64,000 bases of DNA from an uncultured Acidobacteriota bacterium. GTDB lineage: Bacteria > Acidobacteriota > Vicinamibacteria > Marinacidobacterales > SMYC01. Position numbers and translations under genes: made by a program. The stretch spans positions 764,756 to 828,755 of the forward strand of contig CAWGBY010000009.1 in the NCBI GenBank assembly GCA_963820855.1, written 5' to 3'. Below, one piece after another: positions 1-10,211 of the stretch. A model generated the notes under the pieces. It worked only from the letters and a program-made list of their open reading frames with translations, was not told the origin of the DNA and ran no database searches. Positions within the stretch are counted from its first letter, which is position 1. Each line of letters starts with the position of its first letter.

Positions 1-413
1 GTACATCGTGGCGGAGCCGAGGCGGCTGTATCGCTCGCTGAAGAACGTGGCGACGAAGGGAAGAGTGTTCTTGTAAGCGGAGGTGACTCGGGCGATGGCC
101 CGCACTTCGTCACCCGCGCTTACTTCGGGAGTCAGGATCTTGAACTCGGTCAGGACCGGATAGCGCTGATCGCCGGTCAGCTCCGCCGCCGTGATTTGAA
201 GGTCGGGTCGCAGGTACTGAAACGGCTCGGGGACGGTGATCTCGGGGGGAGGCAGAATTTCTCCATCCTCGAGGTCCTCGCACATGCAGCCGCTCGCGTT
301 GAGAACGCCGTACTCATTGAAGGTGCGCCCGAAGGGCACCCGCTCGGGCTTCTTTTCCTGTGCCCAACCGGGAATGGAGGCGAAGGCCAGCGAAAGCAAA
401 AAGGCTCGTCTCA
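1..413 (-). CDS. hypothetical secreted protein, N-terminal part only (gene runs off the left edge)
   Basis: Not in the supplied ORF track. Hand translation of the minus strand from ATG 413-411 gives MRRAFLLSLAFASIPGWAQEKKPERVPFGRTFNEYGVLNASGCMCEDLEDGEILPPPEITVPEPFQYLRPDLQITAAELTGDQRYPVLTEFKILTPEVSAGDEVRAIARVTSAYKNTLPFVATFFSERYSRLGSATMY, open to position 1. The N-terminus looks like a signal peptide. It starts 46 nt downstream of the aminotransferase gene on the same strand. Confidence 0.6.
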
Positions 414-459
414 TGACCAGCGAATTATCGAACGCGGGTCGAAGCGAGTCAATGCGTTC

Positions 460-1638
460 TCAGGACGCGCCGAGGGCTCCGCGGAGTTTCTCGAGGAAGA
501 TGCGGTTCTCGTCGGGGAGTCCGACGGAAATCCGGAGGTGCGTCGGCATCTCCCAGGACTTCCCGTCGCGCACGTAGACTTTCTCACGGGCGAGCGCGAG
601 AACCACCGGGGCCGCCTCGCGACCGAGGTCCGCCATGAAGAACGGCGCTCGGTGGGAGAAGCTCTTGATGCCGAGCTGCGAAAGACCGGAGCGCAGGTAC
701 GTGAGCCCGTCATCGACCAGCTTCACGTAGCGATCGACGTGCGCCTGGTCCGAGAGCGCCGCGAGGCCTCCGACATTGGACGCGGAGTTCACCCCCATGT
801 CGAGGGTCCAGAGAAGCTTCAGCTCCTCGATGAGATTCTTCGGCGCGACGACGTAGCCGAGCCTCAGGCCGGCGAGCCCGAACGCTTTCGAGAAGGTGCG
901 GGCCACGACGACCGGAGCTTCCTTTTTCACGAGGGAGATCGAGCTCTCGCCTTTCGGCAGGAAGTCGACGTACGCCTCGTCCACCAGCAGCACGGCGCCT
1001 CGGGGAAGCGCGTTCACGAGGCGCTCGATCGCCGCGAGCGGAAGGCTCGCGCCGGTCGGGTTGTCGGGGTTCGCGACGTAAACGAGACGCGTGTCCGCGC
1101 CGATGGCCTTCGTCATCTTGTCGAGATCGAGCGTTCCGTCCGCCTCGAGCGGGACCTCGGTCACTTCGCGCTCCATCACCCGCGCGACTCCGGCGCACCA
1201 GGAGTACGTGGGTTTCGCGAGCACGAGGCGACCTTCTTTCCGCAGGAACGTCCAGGGCGCTATCTGGAGGAACTCGGTCGAGCCGCAGCCCATGAGGACG
1301 TTCTCCTCGGAGACTCCGTTCCGCCGCGCGATCTCCCGCGTCAGAGGATCCACGTAGCTGTAGCGATTGGAGCCTCCGAGTCCGTCCTTCAGAATCGCGG
1401 CTACGGCTCGGGGCGAGGGACCGAGCGGGTTCTCGTTGAAGTTGAGCCGCACCGCGCCCTCGGGAAACGCCACCACGTCTTCGGTCGAGAGGACGTCTTC
1501 GTCGAGAGCCGCGTTCTGAGCGGAAAGGATTCCGGGAAGCCCGGTCGCCGCGATCGCGAGCGAGCCGAGGAACCGTCGCCGAGAGACCTCCGGACCGTGG
1601 GGGTAGCAGCTCCAGGATCGATCGAGTTTCGTCGTCAA
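460..1638 (-). CDS. class I/II PLP-dependent aminotransferase, HisC (histidinol-phosphate aminotransferase) family, with Tat-type signal
   Basis: 392-aa intact ORF. It has [11 protein letters not shown] near the N-terminus and the PLP-lysine motif [15 protein letters not shown] typical of HisC-like enzymes. The N-terminus carries the twin-arginine motif [22 protein letters not shown]. Confidence 0.9.
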   Translation of the reverse strand: MTTKLDRSWSCYPHGPEVSRRRFLGSLAIAATGLPGILSAQNAALDEDVLSTEDVVAFPEGAVRLNFNENPLGPSPRAVAAILKDGLGGSNRYSYVDPLTREIARRNGVSEENVLMGCGSTEFLQIAPWTFLRKEGRLVLAKPTYSWCAGVARVMEREVTEVPLEADGTLDLDKMTKAIGADTRLVYVANPDNPTGASLPLAAIERLVNALPRGAVLLVDEAYVDFLPKGESSISLVKKEAPVVVARTFSKAFGLAGLRLGYVVAPKNLIEELKLLWTLDMGVNSASNVGGLAALSDQAHVDRYVKLVDDGLTYLRSGLSQLGIKSFSHRAPFFMADLGREAAPVVLALAREKVYVRDGKSWEMPTHLRISVGLPDENRIFLEKLRGALGAS

Positions 1639-1692
1639 TCGTCCTCCGATCGAACATTTGGTGCTCGGCCGTCCGAGCGCGATCGCATGATA

Positions 1693-2450
1693 CTAGAGCC
1701 GCGCCCAGATCGCTTCGCAGGCTTCCGCCGCTCTCATCTTCGAGCTTCACGTCGACTTCGCCGGAGACCACGGTCTCGCCCGGGTTGATCTCGACGGTCG
1801 GGATCCTTCGCATCCGCGCTTCGACCACCGGCCGCGCGATGTAAGGAAAGACACTGGTCGTTCCGATGGAGAAGACGAGGTCGAAGCCGCGCCGAAGCTC
1901 GCGCTCCATGGTCTCGACCTTCGGCAAGAGGCAGGAGCTCTCCGAAGAGCACGACGTCGGGCCGGAGCGGCGCCCGGCAGTCGGGACACCGCGGAAGCGG
2001 AGCGAGATCGGCGTAATCTTCGACACTCGCTTCGTATCGGCAGGCGGTGCAGAGGATCTGATGAACGTCACCGTGAATGTCGATGAGGTTCGTCGAGCCG
2101 GCCTTCCGGTGAAGGCCGTCGACGTTCTGGGTCAGCACCCAGACGCGCTCGAAGCGTCGCTCGGCTTCCGCCAGAATCGTGTGGGCCCGGTTGAAAGACG
2201 CACCCCGGGCCGAGGCCTCGATCTGGTGGATGTACTTCCAGGTGAGAGCGGGGTTCCTGCGCATCATCGCGCCCGAGAGCGCCTCCTCGATAGGAATACC
2301 CTCGGGCGTGTCGGCCTCTTCGTAGAGGCCGCCGATTCCCCGGTAGGTGGGAAGCCCCGAATCCGCGGAGATGCCGGCGCCGGTGATGAAGAGAACGCTC
2401 GACGCTCCCCGGAGGAGCGAGGCCACGGTCTCGAGCCGTTTCTCGTCCAC
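1693..2450 (-). CDS. cobB: NAD-dependent protein deacylase, Sir2/CobB family (apparent frame breaks in the C-terminal third)
   Basis: The ORF 1734..2450 starts [18 protein letters not shown]...[12 protein letters not shown]...IHGD, with Zn-ribbon cysteines CTAC...CPDC. The C-terminal Sir2 part ([39 protein letters not shown]) is in another frame (ORF 710..2071). The end at 1693 was inferred by hand and is uncertain. Confidence 0.8.
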
Positions 2451-2496
2451 GCGTCGAGGGTATCAATACTAACGCTCGCTCGCTAGAATCCCTCGC

Positions 2497-2997
2497 TTGA
2501 AGCTCCTTCGCGATGTCGACCGGAACGACGTTCTCTTTCTTCTCGACCGGTTCGGCCTGCGGCTCGTGGAGACTCCGGAGGGGGAGGAGATTCCCGGGAG
2601 CTACTGGGGTGAAGCGGAAGCGGGCCTCGTCTCGGACCAGATCCACGCGCGCGCCGATACTCCCGTTCACTCGATCCTCCACGAGACGAGCCACTACGTC
2701 TGCATGACCGCGGCGCGCCGCGCCGCTCTCCTTCGAGACGCGGGCGGAGACGACGCCGAGGAATCCGCCGTCTGTTACTTGCAGATCCTGCTCGCGGACT
2801 TCATTCCCGGCATGGGACGGTCGCGCATGTTCCTCGACATGGACCGCTGGGGGTACAGCTTTCGTCGAGGCACGACGGAAGCCTGGTTCGAGAGCGATTC
2901 CGACGACGCCCGGGACTGGCTCCGCGCACAGGGCATCGTCGATGAGACCGGGGCTCCGGTGTGGAAACTTCGCGAGGGATCCTGCGATAATGAATGA
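2497..2997 (+). CDS. hypothetical protein with HExxH-like motif (LHETSH)
   Basis: 166-aa ORF with coding-like composition, divergent from the Sir2 gene across a 46-nt gap. No family recognised. The start codon (TTG at 2497) is uncertain. Confidence 0.5.
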   Translation: MKLLRDVDRNDVLFLLDRFGLRLVETPEGEEIPGSYWGEAEAGLVSDQIHARADTPVHSILHETSHYVCMTAARRAALLRDAGGDDAEESAVCYLQILLADFIPGMGRSRMFLDMDRWGYSFRRGTTEAWFESDSDDARDWLRAQGIVDETGAPVWKLREGSCDNE

Positions 2998-3036
2998 ACC
3001 GCAGACTTCTCCTGAAAATCCCGAGCGAGGTGCGAC

Positions 3037-3734
3037 ATGGACACCCCCGAGCCTGTGAGCCTGAGTTTCGACAAGGCGAAGTTCGACGAGGGCGAGGCCT
3101 CCTCTCTGAGCTGCGCCCAGTGCGGCAAGGACGTCTTCGGCACCTACTACGAGATCAACGGCAAGACCGCCTGCGAGGAGTGCCGGTTTCGTGCTCGAGA
3201 GCGCCCGCGCCCAGGGCTCGGCGGGCGGGCGACTCGTGCGCGCCGTTTTCGCAGGGACCATCGGGGGATTCGCCGGCGCCCTTCTCTACTACGGAATCTC
3301 GCACGCTTACCGGCTATGAAATCGGCCTCGTTTCCATCGTCGTCGGGCTTCTCGTGGGGTTCGGCGTTCGCTGGGGATCGGGAGGAGTCGGAGGCCGCGG
3401 CTATCAGGTGCTCGCGGTCGCCATCACCTATCTCGCGATCTGCAGCACGTACGTGCCGGACATCGTCGAGCAGATTCGGAACGACCCGGAGGCGAAGGAG
3501 ATGGCGGCGGCCGCGCCGGAGATGGAAATCACCGCGGGAGGTTTCGCCATCGCGCTCGCCGCGGTATTGGCCATCGCGATGGTCGCGCCCTTCCTCGCGG
3601 GATTCGAAAGTCTCTTGTGGCTCTTCATCATCGGCATCGCTCTCTACGAAGCCTGGAAGGTGAACGCCTATACTCCGCTCCAGGTCGAGGGACCGTTCCA
3701 GATCGGAGCCCGGCCCAAAGAGACTCCTGCCTGA
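3037..3734 (+). CDS. zinc-ribbon membrane protein (about two apparent frame breaks)
   Basis: The N-terminus MDTPEPVSLSFDKAKFDEGEASSLSCAQCGKDVFGTYYEINGKTACEEC has two CxxC pairs. The remainder is recovered in other frames as hydrophobic helices (GLVSIVVGLLVGFGV..., AVAITYLAICSTYV..., FAIALAAVLAIAMVAPFLAG..., LLWLFIIGIALY). The stop TGA overlaps the next ATG (TGATG at 3732-3736). Confidence 0.55.
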
Positions 3735-4698
3735 TGCGGTGCGCCGACTGCGGGACAGAAATCTCTTCGACCCGGCTGAGTTGTCCCGTCTGCCATCGCC
3801 TCGTCCATCGCGATGAGCTGGAGCGGCTCGCGCATGAGGCCGAAGCGGCGCGAGAGCGCGACGAGCCGCGCGAGGAGATCCTCGCCTGGCGCCGGGCTCT
3901 CGAGCTTCTGCCTCCCGACTCCGATCAGAGCTCGCGAAATCGCGGCCCGGGTCGGAGAGCTCTCGCGCGGGGTCGACGAGAGCGGAGGACAAGTCGAAAT
4001 CGACCTGGCGATGGGCGGGAATCGGCGCGGCGGTCGCTTTCGTACTCACCAAGGGAAAGTTCCTTCTCGCGGGTCTCACCAAGTCGGGAACGTTCTTTTC
4101 GATGTTCCTGTCGCTCGGGGTCTACTGGGCGGTCTTCGGATGGAAGTTCGCGGCCGGGCTCATCGCCTCGATCTACGTTCACGAGATGGGACATGTGGCG
4201 GCGCTCCATCGACTCGGCATCCGAGCCTCCGCCCCGATGTTCGTTCCCGGCTTCGGCGCCATGGTTCGGATGCAGCAGTATCCGGTCGACGCCCGGGAGG
4301 ATGCGCGCGTCGGTCTCGCGGGACCGATCTGGGGACTCGGAGCCGCCCTGTGCGCCGCGGCCGTTTTCTTCCTGACGGAGGCGCCCATCTGGGGCGCCAT
4401 CGCCCGCGTGGGCGCCTGGATCAACCTCTTCAATCTCCTCCCGGTCTGGCAGCTCGACGGCGGTCGCGGATTTCGCGCGCTCTCGAAGGGCGAGCGGTTC
4501 CTGATCGCCGGACTTCTCGCGCTTCTCTGGTACTGGACGAAAGAAGGCCTCCTCGTGCTGCTCTTGATCGTCGCCGCGTTTCGCGCGTTCGGCACCGAGT
4601 CGGGCTCGGGCGGAGACCGGGTCGCGTTCGGGCAGTTCGTCGTCCTTCTGGCCGCGCTATCGGCGCTTACTCTCATCGACGTGCCGCTCCAGCCCTGA
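3734..4698 (+). CDS. M50-family (site-2 protease-like) zinc metalloprotease with N-terminal zinc ribbon (apparent frame breaks)
   Basis: The N-terminus is MRCADCGTEISSTRLSCPVCHRLVH. The ORF 4102..4698 carries HEMGH and NLLPVWQLDGG, the S2P HExxH and NxxPxxxLDG motifs, within multiple TM helices. The pieces lie in three frames. Confidence 0.75.
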
Positions 4699-4749
4699 CG
4701 CGTCGCGGCTCTGTTGTAAAGTATCGCCACACAGGGAGGAGCCCATCCC

Positions 4750-6801
4750 ATGAAAGTACAGTTCGCGCGTCTCGCATTTGCCCTTGCCCTCTTCGTCGGA
4801 ACGGAGGCCGCCGCCCAGCGCGTGCCGATGACGGCCATCGACCTCCTCGAGGTCCCCGTTCTCACCGATCCACGGCTCTCTCCCGACGGCGACAGGGTTC
4901 TCTTCGTGCTCGCCGAGGCGGACTGGGAGAAGAACGAACGGGTGAGCCACATCTGGCGAGCCGGCGTTCGCTGCCGAGGATCGCGTGCAGCTCACGCGAG
5001 GGACGAAAGGCGAGTCGAGCCCAAGGTGGTCGCCCGACGGAGAGTGGATCGTTTTCGTCGCCGAGCGCGAGAAGGGGACGAAGCGGCCCAGCTCTACCGG
5101 CTCTCTGCCGCGGGCGGCGAGGCCGAACGGCTCACGAGCCACGAGACGTCCGTCTCCGAGCCCCTCGTTCTCGCCGGACGGGAAGCTCGTCTACTTCCTC
5201 GCCGAGGACTCCGAAGACGGAAGAGGAGAAAATCGCGCGAGAAGCTCGAGGATGACGTCTTCGCGTTCGACGAGAATTGGAAGCACCGTCGCCTCTGGGC
5301 TCCTGTCGCTCGAAGGAAGGACGACTCGCCGTCTCACCGAGGACGACTTCACCGTACGCGAGTATCGGCTCTCTCGGGACGGAACGAAGGTCGCGCTCCA
5401 TCGCGCGCCTTCGCCTCTTCTCGATGCACTCGGCCGCGGGGGAGGTCTACGTCATGAACGCCGACGGGACCGGCCCGCTGCAACTGACTTCGAACTCCGG
5501 TCCCGGAAAGCGGTGCCGAGATCTCCCCCGACGGAAGCCAGGTCCTGTTCCTGGCGGATTCGAACGATCGCTTCGAGTTCTACTACAACCGCAATCTGTT
5601 CGTCGTTCCCGCTTCCGGCGGCGCCGCGAAGCGCGTTCTCGACGTCGAGCCGCACGAGGTCACCGACGCTCACTGGTCGAAAGACGGAAAGTCGATCTAC
5701 TTCGTCGCCAATACCGGCGTCCGGGCGGAGCTCTTCCGCGTTGAATCCGGCGGGCGGAGAAACCCGAGCCAATGACCGCGGGCGATCACACCGTGGGCGA
5801 CTGGCGCTTCGAGCCGGCTCTTTCCGCGCATGTCTTCGCCGTCGACCAGCCGGAGAACGCAGGAGATCTATGGTTGGTCCCGAGGCTGAGAAGGCGCCTC
5901 GGCGCATCACCACCGTCTTACGACTATCTGAAGAAGTTCGAGCTCCCGCGGCAGGAAGCGGTTCGCTTCCCCGGTCAGGACGGTGTCGAGGTGGAGGGCA
6001 TCCTCTACTATCCGCTCGGCTACGAGCCTGGCTCGGCGCTACCCGCTCCTCGTCCATACCCACGGCGGCCCGCGCTCTTCGGACAAGTTCGAGTTCGGCG
6101 GATGGGGAACGTATACACAGGTCTCGACCGCTCTCGGCTACGCGGTGCTCAAGCCGAACTATCGCGGCAGCACCGGCTACGGCGACGATTTCCTGCGGGA
6201 CATGGTGGGACATTATTTCCAGCAGGCGCACCTCGACGTGATGGCCGGAGTCGACCATCTGATCGCCCGCGGCATCGCGGACGGCGACCGCATGGGGAAG
6301 ATGGGTTGGAGCGGCGGGGGGCACATGACCAACAAGATCATCACCCACACCGACCGGTTCAAGGCCGCTTCCTCGGGCGCCGGGGCGTCGAACTGGATCT
6401 CGATGTACGCGCAGAGCGACACCCGCATCCAGAGGACTCCCTGGTTCGGAGGGACTCCCTGGCAGGAGGACGCTCCCATCGATCTCTACTGGGGCCACTC
6501 ACCGCTGAAGGACATCTACAAAGCGAAGACGCCGACTCTCGTTCTCGTCGGCTCGAACGACGAGCGCGTCCCGCCTCCGCAGTCCGTCGAGATCTATCGG
6601 GCGCTCAAGGCGAACGGCGTCGAGACCCACCTCTACATGGCGCCGCGGGAGCCGCACGTCTGGCGCGAGCTCCGCCACGAGCTCTTCAAGATCAACGTCG
6701 AGCTCGACTGGTTCGAGAAGCACGTGCGCGGGCGGACCGTACGAGTGGGCGGTGCCGCCGGGAGACCGCGAAGGGCGGAAGCTACGGACGGGAATCCGTA
6801 G
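4750..6801 (+). CDS. S9-family serine peptidase (prolyl oligopeptidase / acylaminoacyl-peptidase-like), several apparent frame breaks
   Basis: There is a signal peptide (MKVQFARLAFALALFVGTEAAAQ) and repeated SPDG propeller motifs across three frames. The C-terminal alpha/beta-hydrolase part has the nucleophile motif GWSGGG, the acid motif GSNDERV and the His motif PREPHVW. The exact C-terminus is uncertain. Confidence 0.85.
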
Positions 6802-7591
6802 TAGCGTCCGACGCGGCGGACCAGCTCGGACTCGCGAGCTCGATGGTCCAGATCGGTCCGCCCTGATAGAGAAATCCTTCGAACCTCACGAACGTGGGCG
6901 CTTCGCCCGGAAGCATCCAGGTGTGGAGCGGCTCCGGGTCTTTGCCGAAGAGCTTGGCCAGGAGTCCGGTGAGGCCGGTGACCTCGATGTCGAGAGCGTA
7001 GTGCACCGCCTTCCGCGGCATCTTCTCGATCGAGAATTTCTCCTCACCGAGAGAGGCGACTTCGAGATTCACCATCTGCGGCTCGGGCGCGAACGCGACC
7101 ATTCTCACCGTGCTCGGCGCCTCGACGTTCTTCAGTAATGTGAAGAACATCCCGTTGTAAGCGTCGTCGGGAAGCTCGAGCGTTCCCTCGAGAACCTCCG
7201 CTTCGCTCTCGCCCTCTTTCGTGTGGCGAACCTTGTACCGACCGTCGGCGCGATTCATCGAAACCTCGATCGGCTGCGGAAAAGACGGTCCCTTCTGCAC
7301 CAGGTGATAGTCCTCGAGGCGGAGGACTCGTTTCTGCGTGAAGAACAGACGCTCGTCGTGAACCGAGCCGTCGCGGAAACGGAAGCTGAGCCGGCTGTCG
7401 ATGCCGCCATCGCGCCGAGGGACTTGAACGAGATCGCCATCGGCCAGCACTTCGCCACTCTCGGATCGAAGGACCAGAAACCCGTGGACCACGCCTTCCA
7501 TTTTCTGGACCGGAACCGGATCCGCCGCCACCGCGGCCGCAAAGAGTGCGAGGCCCACCACTCCCAGTGACAGATAGAGTTTCCAGCTCAT
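6782..7591 (-). CDS. hypothetical secreted protein
   Basis: 269-aa intact ORF with an N-terminal signal-like helix (MSWKLYLSLGVVGLALFAAAVAA) and beta-rich composition. No family recognised. Confidence 0.6.
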   Translation of the reverse strand: MSWKLYLSLGVVGLALFAAAVAADPVPVQKMEGVVHGFLVLRSESGEVLADGDLVQVPRRDGGIDSRLSFRFRDGSVHDERLFFTQKRVLRLEDYHLVQKGPSFPQPIEVSMNRADGRYKVRHTKEGESEAEVLEGTLELPDDAYNGMFFTLLKNVEAPSTVRMVAFAPEPQMVNLEVASLGEEKFSIEKMPRKAVHYALDIEVTGLTGLLAKLFGKDPEPLHTWMLPGEAPTFVRFEGFLYQGGPIWTIELASPSWSAASDATTDSRP

Positions 7592-7708
7592 GACACGGCC
7601 CTCCGCCCCAAATTAGCAAACCAATCTGCCCAAAAACGGCCCTACGGAAAGATTGAGCGCAGATTACCGTCGCGTCTCGCCCTCGCTAAGGGGAAACCCC
7701 GAGGCGAT

Positions 7709-8686
7709 TCAGGCGAAGAGCGACGTGAGCTCGTTCCGTTCGGCTTCGCTCAAGGAAATCGAGAGCGCTTCCACCGCGGGATCGAGGTGCTCGGGCCGGC
7801 GAGGACCGAGAATCGCCGCCGTGGTGCGCGGGTGGCTCAAGACCCAGGCGATAGCGAGGGCCGCCATGCTCACGCCGCGCGCCCGAGCCCTCTCACCGAA
7901 GGTGGCGAGCGCGCGAAGAACGCTCTCGTTTCTCAAGTGGGCATACGGCTCCGGCCGGAGAGTCATGCGCGAGCCGGCGGGGAAGCGGTCGGGAGACGAG
8001 TATTTTCCGGTGAGCCATCCACCGGCGAGCGGGCTGAAGGGGGTGAATCCGAGATCCTCTTCGACGCAGAGGGGGAGGACGTCCCCCTCCGCCGCGCGAT
8101 CCAGGAGGCTGTAGCCGTTCTGGACCCAATCGAATCGGGTCCATCCGTTCCTCGCGCTCGCTTCGAGCGCTTTCGCGAGTCGCCCGGAGTCGATGTTGCT
8201 CGCGCCGATATAGTGAATCTTTCCCGCGTGGACCAGATCGTCGAGCGCCCCGAGGGTCTCTTCGATGGGCGTATCGGGGTCGGGCTCGTGGATCAGGAAC
8301 ATGTCGAGCCTCTCGACGCCGAGCCGCGCGAGGCTCCGATCGACTTGGCGTTTGATGTGGCGGCGGGAGAGCCCGCGATCGTTTGGTCCTTCCCCCACCG
8401 GATTGAACGCCTTCGAGCTCAGAAGGATCCGATCGGCGATGCTCGCGTCCTTGGTCTTCAGCCAGCGTCCGATGAACGCTTCGCTACGTCCTCCGCCGTA
8501 GGCGTCGGCGGTGTCGAAGAAGTTGATTCCCATGTCGAGTGCGCGATCCATGAGCGCGAACGCCTCGTTCTCGCCCTCGCCTTGTCCGTAGAATCGCGGA
8601 TCGGAGCCGATCCCGCCGAAGTTCCCGCAGCCGAGCCCGAGGCGGGAGACTTTGATACCCGCGCGCCCGAGCCTCCGATGATCCAT
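7709..8686 (-). CDS. aldo/keto reductase
   Basis: 325-aa intact ORF with typical AKR signatures: LGLGCGNFGG, FFDTADAYGGGRSE, LIHEPD, IGASN. Confidence 0.95.
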   Translation of the reverse strand: MDHRRLGRAGIKVSRLGLGCGNFGGIGSDPRFYGQGEGENEAFALMDRALDMGINFFDTADAYGGGRSEAFIGRWLKTKDASIADRILLSSKAFNPVGEGPNDRGLSRRHIKRQVDRSLARLGVERLDMFLIHEPDPDTPIEETLGALDDLVHAGKIHYIGASNIDSGRLAKALEASARNGWTRFDWVQNGYSLLDRAAEGDVLPLCVEEDLGFTPFSPLAGGWLTGKYSSPDRFPAGSRMTLRPEPYAHLRNESVLRALATFGERARARGVSMAALAIAWVLSHPRTTAAILGPRRPEHLDPAVEALSISLSEAERNELTSLFA

Positions 8687-8738
8687 GGCGTCGAAATTCT
8701 ATCCCGTTTGTCTTATTCTGGAAGCGATCCCCTTACCA

Positions 8739-10208
8739 ATGCGCGCACTCTACCCGGCCGCTTGCGGCCTCCTTCTCCTCGCGCACCTCTCCCGCGCGGA
8801 AGAAGAGTGGCACGAGGCTTCGAGCCAGAACTTCGTGCTGATGACCAACGCCTCCCCCGATCGCGGGGAATCGGTCGTTCTGGCGCTGGAGCGTTTCCGA
8901 TCGGCGCTCGGTCAGGTGCTTCCCGAGCTCCGGCGATGGACGTCCGCTCCCACGCGTCTCTATGGCTTCCGCGACCGCGCGAGCCTCGAGCCGTTCCTTC
9001 CCCGCTCCGAAACGAAGTCGTCCCGAGTGACGGGATACCATCGAGCCGGTCTCTCGGAGAACGTCATCGTCCTCGAGCTCGAAGGAGGGCTCCCCGCCTT
9101 CGAGCGGGTCCTCTTTCACGAGTATGTGCACTTCGTTCTCGGCTTGAGCGAACGCGAGCTTCCGTTCTGGTTCGGGGAGGGTCTCGCGGAATTCTATGCC
9201 GGCACCCGGCTCGGCGATGACGAAGCGGAAGTGGGCGTCCCCGACCCCCGGCATCGGGCTCTCCTCGCGCGGAATCCGCTCCTCCCGCTCGAAGAGCTCA
9301 TTTCGGCGAAGGACGCGGGAGAATCGAGTGCGCTTTTCTATGCCCAGTCCTGGGCGCTCGTTCACTACCTTCTTGTCGAGGTCCCCGACGGCCGCGAGCG
9401 GCTTTCGCGGTATCTCGCGCGGCACGAAAGCGGAGCCGACGCGATCGCTTCCTTTGGGGACGCCTTTGGCTCGGACCGGCGAGCGATGGAGGAGGCCTTC
9501 CGGGCGTACGTCCAACGGAGTCCGGTTCCACGGAGTCAAGGTCGGACTGACCCCATCGACTTCCGGCTCCGCGACCTCGAGGCGGCTCTCGAGCGGGGAA
9601 GTGCAGGAACGTTGGGGCACGCTCTACCTCGCCACGTCGCGGCGACCTGAAGCGCGACTCTGTCTCGAGGAGGCGGTGCGCCTCACTCCCGAGTCTCGGT
9701 TCCGCGTGGGAGGCGCTCGGCCTCCTCGAGTGGGAAGAAGGCAACCCGGAGCAAGCCGCGCGGCACCTCGAAAAGGCGATCGATCTCGAATCCGCGAGCG
9801 CCCGAGGACTCTTACCGGTACGCGGACATTCTTCTCGCGGACTACCGAGGCCGGGTCGAGTCGATCCCGACCGCTCTCGCGGCGAAGGCAGCCTCGGCCC
9901 TTCGCGCGAGCCTGCGGCTCGTTCCGTCGGCGCGGGAGCCAGCCGAGCTCCTCGTCTTTCTCTACGTCGTGCGCGGTGAGCGCCTCGACGAAGCGAAGGC
10001 GCTCGTCGAAATGGCGCTCGCCATCTCTCCTGACGACCCCTCCCTTCTTTTCCTCGAAGGTCAGCTCCTCGCGAAGCGCGGCGACTACCAGAAGGCTCGC
10101 GAGACTCTGCGGCGGGTGCTGGAAATCACGCCGGATACGCGCCTGCGCGAAGAGGCGGAAAAATTCCTGGTCCGGATGGCGGAGGTCGAGCGCGCTCCTG
10201 ACCGCTAG
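8739..10208 (+). CDS. secreted DUF1570-like putative metallopeptidase fused to TPR repeats (apparent frame breaks)
   Basis: It has a signal peptide (MRALYPAACGLLLLAHLSRA), an HEYVH motif followed by FGEGLAEFY, and C-terminal TPR-like repeats recovered in other frames, ending with ORF 9969..10208 (...LLAKRGDYQKARETLRRVLEITPD...). Confidence 0.65.
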
Positions 10209-10211
10209 GCG

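Noticed and set aside
196-1788. Very long ORFs on the strand opposite to, or out of frame with, recognisable genes. Examples are 196..1788(+), 710..2071(-), 10126..12039(-), 17666..19789(-), 19144..20571(+), 22006..23454(-), 24365..26086(-), 47923..49788(-), 50117..51274(-), 51698..52882(-) and 54647..55891(-).
   Set aside because: These are typical high-GC shadow ORFs. Their translations are dominated by Arg/Pro/Gly/Ala/Ser runs with no motifs, and each overlaps a gene with clear family signatures on the other strand or frame.
1693-2450. The Sir2-domain protein as a defence (Thoeris/DSR-like) effector.
   Set aside because: It is short (about 250 aa) with the CobB-type Zn ribbon. It has no fused sensor domain and no partner gene, so it is consistent with a housekeeping protein deacylase.
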